From Fistulifera solaris (lineage: Eukaryota): a stretch of 64,000 nucleotides of DNA. The stretch's first letter is position 1, and every line of letters starts with the position of its first letter. Of this stretch, positions 1-15,362 are shown in pieces. The DNA lies in assembly GCA_030295235.1 (NCBI GenBank), contig AP026125.1:434001-498000 (forward strand), given 5' to 3'. The translations under genes and the position numbers were made by a program. The notes beneath the pieces are model-generated. The model was not told the DNA's origin. It ran no database searches and saw nothing but the letters and a program-made list of their open reading frames with translations.

Positions 1-950
1 TAGATGTCTACTCCCGCATTGTAAATACAAAAATCCGGGGTGTACCGCCGAATCGCTTTCTCAACAGCGTCTTCCAATGCTTGCATATAGTCATCATCTT
101 TCATACCATCCGGCAAACCGACGTCAATTGTCGAATGAGCTTTTAGCTGTGGATAGTTGGACTGACAGTGTAACGATAAAGTAATCAATCTTCCATGCAA
201 TGGTCCATTTTTGTCCCCGAATTGAGCCGTTCCATCTCCTTGATGAACATCACAGTCGACTACCAACACTCGTTGCTTGGGAGAACGTGCGCCGCGACCG
301 CCAGATCATTGAGAATGGTGTATCCAGCACCGCGGCTCATCGAAGCGTGATGCGTGCCACCGGCCACGTTGGCCGCTAGACCCCACTGACAGGCCAACTG
401 ACAGGCCAGTACCGTACCGGCAACTTCCAATACGGTCCGTTCGATCAATTCCGGCCGACTGGTTTGTTCTCGAAACCCGATGCGGCGACATTCTTCAACG
501 GTCAGTTGACCCTCCAAAAATCGTTCGACAAAGGTGGCATCAATCGGGCCCGACAGCCAGCCCGTCGCAAGCATGTCGTGGAAATCGAGTGGACGGAAGA
601 AGTGTGTATAATCTTGTACGAGAGAGTCTGTGAGCGCGTGTGCGATGCGGGCAAATTTGTTCATCTGTGAGCGGCGAAGAATGAGAGCGTGAATACCCAA
701 TGCTGCCAACATCAGGAGAACGCACCGGAAATGTGTGATTTTCGGGCCAATTAGCAAAGGAATAGTTTTCGTGATAAACCAGAGGAGCATGGACTTGATT
801 CTTGGCTGGATCCAGTCCAGGTCGAGAATACGCCAACTCGTGGGGCTGGAAAGACGAGAAGCGCCGTAGTCGAGAAATTTGCTTGCAAGTTTTCGGGGAG
901 AATGAATGAACGAAAGCGGCTGAAGACATGATAAGGGAGTAAAGCCTCAT
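1..950 (-). CDS. Histone deacetylase family protein, class IV/HDAC11-like; 3' end runs off the window
   Basis: Exon 950-726, intron 725-665 (GT..AG) joins HTFP|MNKF. Motifs AGGTHHA, GYTILNDLAVAA and, after a 1-nt shift near 278, RVLVVDCDVHQGDGTA. Leader MRLYSLIMSSAAFVHS|FSP. Confidence 0.85.
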
Positions 951-1315
951 GGTCGAGACAAGGCATCATCAACCTCACACAACACACAAGGGGAAAGTTT
1001 ATCATCATCGCAGAAACGCAAGAAAGGGCGAGGTAGAAAGGGGGGAATGACGTGGTTGTCCTAGCGGTACGTAAAAGGAAAACTTCAGGTTTCACGAAAT
1101 TGGGACAACTACTGCAGCGGTACTCAATGGTCGGAGTATCCGCAAATAATGAACAAGACACAACATCAAAACGTTCTGCTTTCTGCAAGCAACTAATGCC
1201 AATGATTATTTCATCTCCGTTTTATAGACTACTCCGTTTTCTCATCATTGAAAAGAACTGCTCCTTAATACACTTGAAAGGAGAAAAAACCGCATATTTT
1301 TTCAGAAAAGATGCT

Positions 1316-2298
1316 ATGGAAAGAAATTTTGAGATGATAAACATTCGCGGCACAAATCGTCGTTTTCTCGTCTCTGTCGTACTGGTGACCATGGCGATTG
1401 TCTTCTATTATTTGACATTTCGTCAAACACTACGTTCCATACCCACCAACGATATGGAAACCATTCAAACTAAAGTCGTGCTTCCGTCACCGCGCAACCG
1501 CACCGGTACTTGGATTGGCAACACCTGGATCCCACCAGCCGGTTGGCAATATCACACTCCCTGTGAATTGCGTCAATTGTATCGGGGAAAGAACATTATG
1601 TGGTTGGGTGATTCGACCGGCCGACGAACTGCCATGAATCTGTATGCCTTACTGCAGTGGAACCATTCCAACTTTCTCACGACGGAACTATCGTCGCCCC
1701 AATTGATCGATATCACCAGGCACGGTAGTTTTGAATGCGACCAATACACAGACGCACATGCTCGACCTACCATCTGTCGAACCTTGGACGGTGGCGGAAC
1801 GATCACTTTCGTGCCTCTCATGTGCCATAAGCACGTGGAACACTTTTTCAAAGCGAAGATACACTCAATATTACGCAGAACATGGATCTGATCGTCGTGG
1901 CACTCGGTATATGGGAAGTTTTGCGTCCTTGGGACTGCAAAGCCGACAATCGAACGCTGGAAAATATTACGTCGGCCGCGATTCATAGTGTATACCAGTT
2001 TGAACGTTCGACACACAAGAGGATCATATGGAGGACGAGTGGCTATCCCGATCACGGACCGAAGTCAACTGATGCCGTCACCAAAATCAATGAAATGGTC
2101 ATGGACATGATCGATCAAACTACAGAAGTCGATAATACACATTTTAGCTACCTCAACTGGGGTGGTGCTGTCCAACCACGGTCAAAACCAGGAGAGCGCA
2201 TCGCAGGGGATGTAAAAGCGCACTACGGACTCGAGCCCCGTCTCGTTCTGATTGAAATGATAACGAACCAGCTGCAAGAAGAAGGGTTCTTTGGTTGA
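1316..2298 (+). CDS. Type II membrane SGNH/PC-esterase-like protein (possible polysaccharide O-acyltransferase or esterase)
   Basis: N-terminal TM (FLVSVVLVTMAIVFYYL), WLGDS motif, C-terminal DVKAH. ORFs 1052-1891 and 1882-2298 join if one T is restored in the T-run near 1845. Confidence 0.6.
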
Positions 2299-3022
2299 AA
2301 TCATTTGGTTTTCGTAGTCAAGAGCTACATTTGCAGAACAACAACTCGACTTATCGTTTATATGAGGCGGAAGGTGGTGCTACGTTACGCTGTGATGCAG
2401 TAAAACGGTTAAAGTTGGGAGCAATAGCAAATGTAAATATTTACATTTGACAAAGAATCAGAGTCAATAAGTTAAATTATTGATTTACAATCATGGATCG
2501 AAAACAGTCTACGCCTCTCCTTGTTATTTCATGTTTGATATTCAGGACTGAAATATTGACGTCGAGGAGGCTTTTTCCGCCAAAGTGTGAGCCTTGACGA
2601 GAAAATGATGAAATGAAACAATGTATTTAATACCAATTCACTGCTTCACCAACATCAGTTATGATAACATCGACACAAGCACAATTTATAAATCTAGCGA
2701 TTAGTATTAAACACTAATTGGAACGTCGTACCTGGTACTTGTTCATCGCTGAAAAAGCACTGAGATTTTCCGGGACTGAAGTCAAGTTGAGTCGGAATTA
2801 TAGTAATTCTAGCCTTAAGCGAACAGTAGCAACTCCAGGCTAGGACAAAACGAAACAATAAGAATCACAAAAACATTTTTTCGCAATCCGTTTTGTTAAG
2901 ACCTAAATGCTTTTCCAATAGATGATAGAATCTTTTGTGCTATACGATCGCCAACAATGAACTTTGAAAAAATAGTCATGCGCGGATGATTAGCGTGGCT
3001 GTAGAAAGGTTGAATAATAAGA

Positions 3023-4344
3023 ATGAGCGAACCAGCAACACACGATGTCTCTGCTTCATCATCGTGCGCCGCAGACGACAGCAATCTCCCTGGCTTCATC
3101 GCAAAAGCGTTGTACGAGCTGTGGAATCTCCCTGAACGCATCGACAACGAAAGAGTGTTTCGAATTGTGCATATACCCGTATCAGCTCAACAAAAGTATG
3201 GATTCTGCAAGTGCCGCCCTGTGAAAACAGAGCCTGGGCACCCGCTCTCGAAGAGGGTAATCATCACATTGTCATAAGATTATGGAAGAGCAGCGGCACA
3301 TGGTGGAACTGTAACACTGCATCCACTCAAAAAATACAGCACTTGGCACTTTCCGAAGTCACGACCTATCGGATCGCCCATCGACTGTTGTCGTTGGAGT
3401 TACGGATCCCTTGTGTCTTACATTTCGAGGCCACTCCCCAACCGTGGGCCATTTTCGAATGTGTCGGTCCTTACTCAAAGCAAGGCATTTCTTGGGATAC
3501 ATCGTTTCTGGATTCCATGATTCACGTTCGTCACGAATTTGGTTTCGACGAACCGCATCCGCGGTGGGGGCGATTGCCCGTGGAATCATGTGAACAATAC
3601 GGCGATTTGTTGCTACAGCAAGTGGTGATACCATTACACCGTCAGTGGCAAAGTCAAAGCCACAAGGATGCAACGGGCTTGTTCGGTTTTGCGAAGGAAA
3701 ACTCGACGCCTGGATTGCTGTATAGTGATATGATTCAAACGTATCAGCAGTTGTTAAACGACGTTGTGCTTCCCAATATAAGTCATCAAAGACCCTTTAT
3801 ACAGAATGCAATCGTATTGCTACAACAAGCTGTAAAGCGTTTAGAAATGGAAGCAGCGAAACACGGACTCATGAAAGTACAAGACTCCCCTACTTTTCCG
3901 TTCTGTGTACCTTGTCATATGGACTTGCAGCCTCAAAATCTAATGTTTGCCTCTTCTGATCTAGCCGCACAGCCAAGCATTGTATCGGTCCTGGATTGGG
4001 AGGATGCGGCCTATGCGGATTGTCGATTCGAACTGCTCATGATCGGACGGAAAGTTATGGCCCATCGACAGCAAGCGGACCGTATTTGGAATTCGTACGA
4101 AGAAATCATGGGCATAGTTTTGGGTCCCATTGAGCCGTGGCTCCGTCTAGAAACAACGCACAGTTTGGTATCACTGCTGTTGCAAGTAATAGCAGGAGGA
4201 GGAAAGAAGTCGTGGGAGCAGCTGCCGGATCTTCAGCAAAAGATAGTTCGAGAATTTAAACGACTGGAGGGATTGGGATGGGAGCTTTGTTCCAACATCC
4301 AAAACGAGATCCTTTTCGATTTCGCGAATTGTGAGCGAGAGTAG
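3023..4344 (+). CDS. APH/choline-kinase-like phosphotransferase
   Basis: Brenner-type CHMDLQPQNLMF and SVLDWEDA motifs. 5' ORF 3023-3277 joins 3211-4344 via a 1-nt shift near 3190. Confidence 0.7.
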
Positions 4345-4367
4345 GTGACTCTATTTCAAAACCGCTC

Positions 4368-6128
4368 TTATCCTTTAGCTTCTATTCTACTTTCGTCCTC
4401 GCCAGACGCTTCATCAGCTGTGACATGAGGAGGAGACACCACATTTCTTGCAGCTGCCGAGTGCTCCTCTTTTGTTAATTGGAACAAGATCTTTTTCAAG
4501 TAGTGGGCTATTTCAGCTGCTGTGGCTCGCTCTTTTGGATCGGCTCTAAAACATAGCTTAATAGCGTGTCGAATAGCGACTGCTGCTGGATCAGTGGTTT
4601 TGTCATAGGGGGGTGGTATTACTGGCGGTGTGCCAGCTGCAACGATGGCTCGTACTTCTTTCAATCGCTCCGGTTTCATTTTTCCTCTCGGTGAATGTGT
4701 GGTCAGGGTATGGAAAAGAATATTACCAAGTGCATATACGTCAACCTTTTCATCGACAAGAATGTCGTTGGTAGTAACATTCATTTCCTCCGGAGCTCTC
4801 CACCACGGTTCATGGAGACGTGCTGGAAAGCCGCACGTTTCATTAGTTTCGGGATCATAATGTAAGAATTCCGCAATGTTAAAGTCATTCAGTTTCGGTT
4901 TTCCACCTTCAAAGAGAGCGACGTTTCGCGGATTGATATCATAGTGAGCTAATGTAGGAACCGTGTCAGAATCGATACCGTGGACATCGGCTAAGCCGAC
5001 AGCCACACTCGTCGCCATTTTTAGTTTCATGAGATAGGCTTGTGGAGTTTGGTCATGTCCGCGAAGCCGGCGGTTGAATACTTCTAACGATTGAACACCT
5101 TCGTAGGGAAAGTTCGCCAGTTCGTTAATGGCGGAATTACCACAGGCACCGTAGACATCGACCACGAAAGGACTTCGTGTCAATCGCTCCATTGCCACGG
5201 CATCTCTACGATGGAGCTCATAATACTCGCGTTTGTATTCACGCTCAATGCGCAGCGTTTTCAATACCAGAGATTCCGTAGGAACATCCTTGTCGTAACT
5301 CCTTCGATCCAACCGCCACGTCGTTCGAAACCATCCTTCACCCAAGACCGTCAGTTCCTCTTCGAGATCCATAGATTTCTTGAAAACTTCCGGTAAGGCG
5401 GCATGCAACTGCAGCTCGTGTAAATTGTTGCAAGTAGGAAAGGATTTCGTTTGCCATTCCGCCCGTGGCTGACATCGACTCGTCGTATAGTCGATGGGTT
5501 GCCAGTCATCGAGCGCATCGTTTTCGTAGGATCGTAAGGAATGCATCATGGTTTCGTCCACTTGATACGATTGACCCAAGGGAGCAGACGCATCCCAAAC
5601 GCCTACCAAATAGTGAACCCGTGAGGAGGCGACGCGATCTTTGGGATGGCTGCTCCACCACGAAAATACCGTGGCTCGATTCGAGCTTGTTTTTCGTAAC
5701 TGAGGAATTCCTCGTGTATCCTCCATGGCACTCGACCACCACCAATACAGCGAAACTGTACTCATCACCAGTGAACACACGGTTGAGATGAGCAGAATGA
5801 GAATTAATAGACTCGCCAGAGTCCATTTTCGGGGTCGACACAATTGCCATCGACGTCGACTCGTGTCACCGGGTGATACGGACGTTCGGTGGGTCGGTGT
5901 GCCCTGGATTGATGCGATAGAAGGAGACGAGGATGGTGATGCGGAAAAGAATAAATTTTTGGCGTGTCTTTGGCGTACACCTCGAGCATTGGGTGTCGTC
6001 GACACTGGGGAGATGTCTGTTTTGTTGAGTGTTTTGGTGGGATCCTCCGTATCCTCGATTTTCTTCTCGCCGTAGGAGCTATCTCCGTCCGATTTTATGT
6101 TCTTCTGCGATTGACTACTCCGGAACAT
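4368..6128 (-). CDS. Single-pass membrane protein kinase with kinase domain C-terminal to the TM (secretory-pathway, PKDCC/VLK-like topology)
   Basis: TM LASLLILILLISTVCSLVMSTVSLYWWW, then LGEGWF, LVLK, HYDINPRN, LNDFN, WRAPEE, DVYALG. Probable start ATG 6128 (ORF is open to 6320). Confidence 0.8.
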   Translation of the reverse strand: MFRSSQSQKNIKSDGDSSYGEKKIEDTEDPTKTLNKTDISPVSTTPNARGVRQRHAKNLFFSASPSSSPSIASIQGTPTHRTSVSPGDTSRRRWQLCRPRKWTLASLLILILLISTVCSLVMSTVSLYWWWSSAMEDTRGIPQLRKTSSNRATVFSWWSSHPKDRVASSRVHYLVGVWDASAPLGQSYQVDETMMHSLRSYENDALDDWQPIDYTTSRCQPRAEWQTKSFPTCNNLHELQLHAALPEVFKKSMDLEEELTVLGEGWFRTTWRLDRRSYDKDVPTESLVLKTLRIEREYKREYYELHRRDAVAMERLTRSPFVVDVYGACGNSAINELANFPYEGVQSLEVFNRRLRGHDQTPQAYLMKLKMATSVAVGLADVHGIDSDTVPTLAHYDINPRNVALFEGGKPKLNDFNIAEFLHYDPETNETCGFPARLHEPWWRAPEEMNVTTNDILVDEKVDVYALGNILFHTLTTHSPRGKMKPERLKEVRAIVAAGTPPVIPPPYDKTTDPAAVAIRHAIKLCFRADPKERATAAEIAHYLKKILFQLTKEEHSAAARNVVSPPHVTADEASGEDESRIEAKG

Positions 6129-6775
6129 TTTGTTCTTTAAAAGTCTTTCTGCAGCGAGACCACGTTTTGTGCGAAAATGGGTGCGATGGAGGCGCAATTG
6201 GCGGATATTATTGGGAGAAAAATAAGTGCGCTTTACAAGCAACGCCGCTTTGCTCAGACCTACGTAAAGCTTACTTTGAGCCTGTTTTCGTAGCGAAAAC
6301 TGCTGTTTGTAAATGTTCACCGATTGCTTTGCTTACAAAATGTTGTAAATGAATAATTGTTAGTACAAAGTATACTGTAGGCGTTCCTTTTGTAAAAAAG
6401 TTCGGGACGGCAAAATGTCGATCGAGCAATCGTTATTCGAGGTGGAAAAACGGGAGCCTTGCAGAACACGTGTGGCTTTGGTCGTTGCCGTTTTAGTATA
6501 TGTTCCAAATGTACATTCTAATCTGATCTGGTTCTCAAACGTGTAATACAAGGTGCTCGTTTAGGGGATCTAACGGTAACAAACTTTCTCTTTATTTCCG
6601 TTCACTTGTACAAAAATGTAAGGACTTGACCTCGGCCGGCGCAAATAGGCGAGGGGAAGTCGGAGCTGTCGATGATCGCTCCGCACTTCGCACTTTCGCT
6701 TTTGCGAAAATCAATTGAAGCGACAACAAAAGTCTATCTTTTCATTCTTTTACCTCGACTTCACATTCGTTAATC

Positions 6776-7230
6776 ATGGCTGATTCAGGAACAGGAATTA
6801 AAGAACTCATGGCCGCGGAAACGCGAGCATCTCAAATTGTCGCCGAAGCACGAACTGGTACGTTGACGAAATTGCTTCGCTCGTTGCCGTACTGTTACAC
6901 GTTTCGCCTCACGACACTTTCTTTCAAACAGGACGAGGCGATCGCATGAAGCAAGCCAAAGTGGAGGCACAGAGCTTGATTGACGCTTATCGGGGTGAAA
7001 AGCAAGAGGAATTTAACAACATGGTACTTTCGACGGGCGGGTCGCAGGGAAATGCTTCGGCCAAACTCCAGGCCGAGACGGCCAAAGAAATTAAGGCGAT
7101 GGAAGCAAGCTTTCAAAAGAATGCACAAAAGGCTATTGATGTATTGCTCAGCAAGTGCTGTGAAGTGTCTTTAGAAGTTCCGACCGCACGAGTTCGTTCG
7201 ACGCAAAAGAACGCGGGTGTTGTTTCTTAA
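6776..7230 (+). CDS. ATP6V1G: V-type H+-ATPase subunit G
   Basis: Exon 6776-6857, intron 6858-6931, exon 6932-7230 gives MADSGTGIKELMAAETRASQIVAEARTGRGDRMKQAKVEA, the V-ATPase G N-terminal signature. Confidence 0.92.
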
Positions 7231-7768
7231 TGATATTATCTAGAGAGTCGGATATTCTATTTTCCATGCACGCGAGATGGGAGTAACGTGAGTTTTTAGT
7301 AGTCGTCTTTTCGCGAACAAAAGAACGTATGATATTATAGAGCAGCGCTATTTTTCCTGCATCTCTCGTTTGGAACAACGATTCGCGTTATTTCATCATT
7401 TAGTCTTGAATTCTGTGACCGAGGGTGCTATCTAAGCAGATCAACCGTGTTATCCTTGTTATTGTGTGCGGCTTGTCGCGAAAATAAATCTGCAGTTTAA
7501 CAATTGCAACGACCTGCGGTTCGTACGCTCAACGTTAACAGCGTTCACAGTCTGAGAAGATGCTAAATCTAATCCCCTATTTCCACCCTCGAAAGTTATT
7601 TTTGAAAGGATCTTATTGAACTAAAAGGTTCTAAATTGATAAAACGCGAAAAAACACAGAATTAACTTTTACTCTTAAGCATCCGAAGGCGTATAGTGCT
7701 GTGGATCATTGTTATGAACAATAATATAGAATCCCTGAGGTGAGCATATAGCCTTAATTGAGGCGAAA

Positions 7769-8825
7769 TCATCCCCTCGATGTCGCAAAACCAAATTCCG
7801 TATTATCAAAAGGTTCCGGCAAGGGCTGCTTGGTAAGTGCCTCTGCTTTGGTTTTGGTTTGTGCAAACATTGGATGGGTGAAATACCGTTCACCAAAGGA
7901 AGGAATAATGCAGACTGCTATCTTGTCTTTGTTTTCAGGACGCGAGCAAACTTGCACCGCAGCCTCCACAATGGCCCCCGACGAAACTCCGGTTGGTAAC
8001 CCCATCATCCACAACTTGAGCGTCATTTCTTCGGCTTTACTCGAGTGCACCGCAACAACTTCATCCAAAAGATCAATATCCAAAACCTCAGGAACTAAAC
8101 CCGCTCCTATCCCTTGTATCCTGTGAGGTCCTTGGGGTCCGATCTTAGTTCCGCCTCGAGCTTCCGTAATCAGCATTTGCTCTTGTGGTTCGACTGCTAC
8201 TGTATACAACTCCGGCATCAGTGGCGGGCAGTCGAATTCTGTGCATCCCTTGATGTACTGCGATACACCCGTGACAGTTCCCCCGGTCCCAACTCCGGCC
8301 ACAAAAATGTCAATCGTACCATCCGTATCACGCCAGGTTTCCGGTCCTGTCGTCTTTCGGTGGATCGCCGGGTTGGCGGGGTTGACAAATTGATGAGCAT
8401 GACACCTTTCTCGCCCGACTCTTGCAAGATTTCGTTGGCCTTGGCCAATGCCCCGTGTACCATGGTTTCTTTGGGTGTCAAGACGACTTCGCCCCCCAAC
8501 GCCAGTAGCATCATGCGCCTTTCGACGCTCATGGTTTCCGGCATGGTGAGAATGCAACGGTAGCCGCGTTCGCGGGCAATAAACGCGAGAGCAATGCCGG
8601 TGTTGCCCGAAGTCGCCTCCACGAGAACGGATTTGCCCGGAATGAGGAGGCCGTCTTTTCAGCTTGATCAATCATGCTTTTGCCCAAACGATCCTTGACG
8701 GAACTGCAAGGTTCGAGGGATTCCATCTTGCCCAGGAGAGTAGCATTGTGATTCGGAACGAGGCTGGAAAGATCGATCAAGGGAGTGCCACCGACCAAGT
8801 CGGAAGGACGAGCCTCTACGCGCAT
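7769..8825 (-). CDS. cysK: Cysteine synthase (O-acetylserine(thiol)lyase)
   Basis: GGTPLI, SSVKDR (PLP Lys), EATSGNTGIALA, GVGTGGT, HRIQGIGAG, PSFGERY. Split across three frames by 1-nt shifts near 8657 and 8393. Confidence 0.92.
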
Positions 8826-9469
8826 ATTTTGAGAAGGATGATTTATGTTAATGTTTTCACTGTTGTTGCGAGACGCTAAAATATAATGGGAACATGATCC
8901 TCATTTTATGATCATGTTTCACACGATCCTTTGAGAAGCACTGAACGGGATGCATGAGAACACCCGATAAGTTTGTTTTCAACCGAGCGTTTTAGATGAT
9001 GAGCTACCACGAATCGATTGTGGCTTTCAACAAAGATAATGGCACAGTAGCCTTGTTAAAAAGTTCTCGTTACGCTCGTGTAAATTTTTAGTTGCTGCGA
9101 AATGACGAGAGCATTTTTTGTAAATACAAGTAAAATGCCTTTATTTACTGGTACCAGGTATCGTGTTTTCTCAGCTTATTTTCATCATCCAGTAATAACG
9201 TGTTCGGTACCGGAAGGTCACCTAATTGGTAAACAACACGCTTTTTGCTTAATTGTCATTTCTATGACACTGAACCAGAAAGTACCCTGGTTGAGTGCTT
9301 GCTGTCTCATTCATCATGATCGCAACCCTGCTTGCCGACATTCTCAACAGAAGCAAACAATACTCCTCAACTAACAATCCGTTTTCAACTTGCAACCTAG
9401 CAATAGATACCTCTGGTTCTCCCACGACATAGGTATAGGACGGTAGCTTGCAACACATTCGCTGGAAAG

Positions 9470-12084
9470 ATGCAGTCTTCCAAACGCTTCACAATGCGGC
9501 GGCCGTCGTGGTTCAAATGGATCATTAGTTGGTTCTTTCTTGTTTCGTCATTACAGCGTCCTATCTTCCAGACAGGTGTCTTCATTCCTCTACTACTTCC
9601 CACGTTCGCCGAAATATTGGATGGCCCGGCGAGTTACGCGCGTGGCCAAGAACTCTTTCAACAAGGCGCCTACGAAGAGGCGGCTATGGAATTGTGGAAA
9701 GCCGTCCTTTTGCACGGAAGTACTCCACCGGAGCAGCAGTACAGCGTACCCGACGTCTTCCAGCTGTTCATGCAATGTTACAGTATTCAGGGGAAAACGG
9801 CGGACGGCTTTGCGTTTGTGGCTTCCGAATCCTTTCGTCGGGGACAGATTGATATGGGGAAATCGTACTTGGAACAAGCCTTTGCCGTAGATGCCAATAG
9901 CGCAGCGGCCAAGGCTGTGCGGAACGAATTCCGATCTCTGTTCGAAGAGACAGCGGGCGATGACGAAACATCCGCCAGTCAAGACGATCAAAGCTTGAAT
10001 GCCGACCTCAAGGGCAAGACGCCCGAAGAATTATACGAAATCGGGTCTATGCATTTTTCCGAAAAGAACTTTGAACAATGTGCGGATGTATTTGAAATCT
10101 CCTGTCTTCGGTCCGGTGGACAGCTGGGTCCATCCTGCGTAAACGCAGTGTACTGTCGAATGATGATTTCGGATTACGGATTCAATGGAACTCAATTCGA
10201 AAAAGATATCGCACGTATTGAGGATTTCACCAGAAAGGAAACGTCTCTCTTTCGCCTAGATTACTCGGGAATGTCTATGAAAGAGCCCTTTGCTTGGAGA
10301 AGGGCCACTTCGGTCCATCCTCACATGGTAGGTAGCCTGCGAAATCTTTTTGTGGCGGTGACCGAATAATATCATTCACTCTTGTATCTAACTATACTGG
10401 TGCACAAAGATGCTTGGGTACCCAGTAGACCCCATGCTCAAACGATACGTTGCTGAATCCTGTGCATTCATGGATGAACCCATGGCCCGTGCCACAAGAG
10501 CAGTGAACGGTCAGCTTCCCCCACTTCCAGATGGTTTGCCGTACGACGTGGATGTCTATCGGGAAACGTTTCGGGAGGAATTTCGGGATCCGTCGGCAAA
10601 GATTCGCGTTGGATTTGTAGGTGCCGGTTTTAACTCGAAAGCAGTCATGTATCTTTCGCATGATATGTTTCGCTTTTTCGATTCGGAACGCTTCGAAATT
10701 CATGTTTTCAGCTTCAATCCGCCAGACCACGAGCTTTTCATTCGCCATAGCATGAGAGGTGTTGACTGGCGAGAACGCGTGAAAGCAAACGTGGATCACT
10801 TCCATGATTGCCAAGGTATGAAGAATGATCATATCGAGGCCGCAAAGTATATTCATGATCACCAAATTCATATTTTGATCGAATGGGACGGCTACGCAAG
10901 GCAAGGCGAGAGAGCTCAAGGTCTCTTTGCTCTAAGACCAGCGCCTCGTAAGTATTTTTGCATAGTCCAGCGAGTGTTGATGCCAAATGTGAAGGACTCA
11001 TAGACTTTGTTTCGGTATTGCAGTTCAAATGATACATCAAGAATACATAGGGACCAGTGGTGGCCTTTTCGTAGATTACCACTTTACTGATTTGATAACA
11101 ACCCCCATTAACACTCAAGATCTTTTCGTCGAGAAATTGATTTACATGCCGAATCACTTTTTCAGCAAAGGACATGCGTATCAGGCCGAAGTGAAACAGC
11201 CTACTTACGAATACACCCCGAAAGTCGGTGCGTATCGACCAGGTACAGGCACACCATCTGAAAACCGATGCCTTGCACCTCTAAATGTAGGCCCGTCCAA
11301 GCCTTCCTTTGTTTTCTGTAACTTTAATAAAATACTGAAGAACAATCCCGAGACGCTAAGGAGCTGGATCCGAATACTTAGAGAGGTCCCGGACTCGATG
11401 CTATGCTTGATGGAGAATCCTGATGTTGCAATACCATATGTACGGCGATTTATCCACGAAGCAGCCGGAACATCGGATGGTGCCGACCCAAGTACTTTTG
11501 TGCCTGGAGACGGAGACGCACTGAATCAGCGTATTCACTTTCTGCCTTGGGAAAAGAATCCTTTCGATCATCAAATGCGAAATCAAGACTTTTGCAATGT
11601 AATGCTAGATTCGCATCCTTACAATGGACATACGGTTGCTCAGGATGCTCTTTATGGCGGGGTGCCTATCGTCACTCGTAGTGACGGCAAAGACATGAGT
11701 TCACGTGTTACAACTTCCGGAAACATTGTACTCGGAATTGAGGAGCTGAATGCGTACGGTGGTTCTGTGGACTATGAAAAGATCGCAATACAATTAGGGA
11801 CGAATTTCACGAAGTACGATGGTATCAGAAAGAAGCTGATAGCTTCAGCACTCCAGCGTAACCCTATGCATCCATATTGGGATGTGGCGCGGTATGTAAA
11901 GAACTTTGAAACAGGGCTATACATGGCGTGGTCAAATTTTCTTGAAGGAAACCTCCCTCGTCATATTTATGTTGATGAGAGCGAACAAGCTAAAAGAGGG
12001 ACATACGATGAAGAAATACTGGCAAACCCACCACAAGGAAAAACGAACAGAAAAGCAAATAGAGCCAATAAAGACGAATTGTAA
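9470..12084 (+). CDS. GT41 O-GlcNAc-transferase-like protein with TPR-like N-terminus, hydrophobic leader and C-terminal KDEL
   Basis: Introns 10328-10409 and 10948-11023. Motifs SVHPHM, IRVGFV, RPAPLQ..YIGTSG, FCNFNKILK, LDSHPYNGHTVAQDALYGGVPIVT. Ends ANKDEL*. Confidence 0.85.
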
Positions 12085-12118
12085 GGAACTGCATTATCAT
12101 CATCGCCTTTCCAATGTG

Positions 12119-15003
<2,885 letters not shown>

Positions 15004-15223
15004 GATTTTTCGTGAGTTATGTTTGCGAGTTGACAAATTGAGAAAGAAAGAGAATTCAATTTATAAGCAATAGATGGGGTACGTGTCCGCCTTGGTTAAT
15101 ACTTTTTGTGGTGTTTGCGCGGAGGGAGAGAAGCGCAACGCGATACGCGATGGGGAAGGAAGAAAAAAAAGTCGTCACAGAAGAAAAAAACGAGAAAATG
15201 GTTTACTCAATAGGTTACTGTCA

Positions 15224-15235
15224 TTTTTGGCGCGC
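15224..15235. promoter_or_regulatory. E2F-like site TTTTTGGCGCGC upstream of DDM1
   Basis: Matches TTTSSCGC consensus, ~220 bp upstream of ATG 15003. Confidence 0.5.
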
Positions 15236-15362
15236 TTTCCTCCTCGCGTCGCCGGCCGCGCACATTGAGTGCCGGATTTATTCTTGACTCACGGTCAATC
15301 CCAAAAAAAACAATCTTCAGCCTAAAATAATGAATCATTTTTACTAGACTATATTTACTTAT

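Noticed and set aside
3023..4344. APH-like gene as an antibiotic-resistance HGT
   Set aside because: The fold is widespread in eukaryotes and there is no compositional or mobile-element signal.
7769..8825. cysK and other frameshifted genes as pseudogenes or programmed frameshifts
   Set aside because: Motifs are intact, indels sit mostly in homopolymers, and there is no consistent slippery-site/stop signature.
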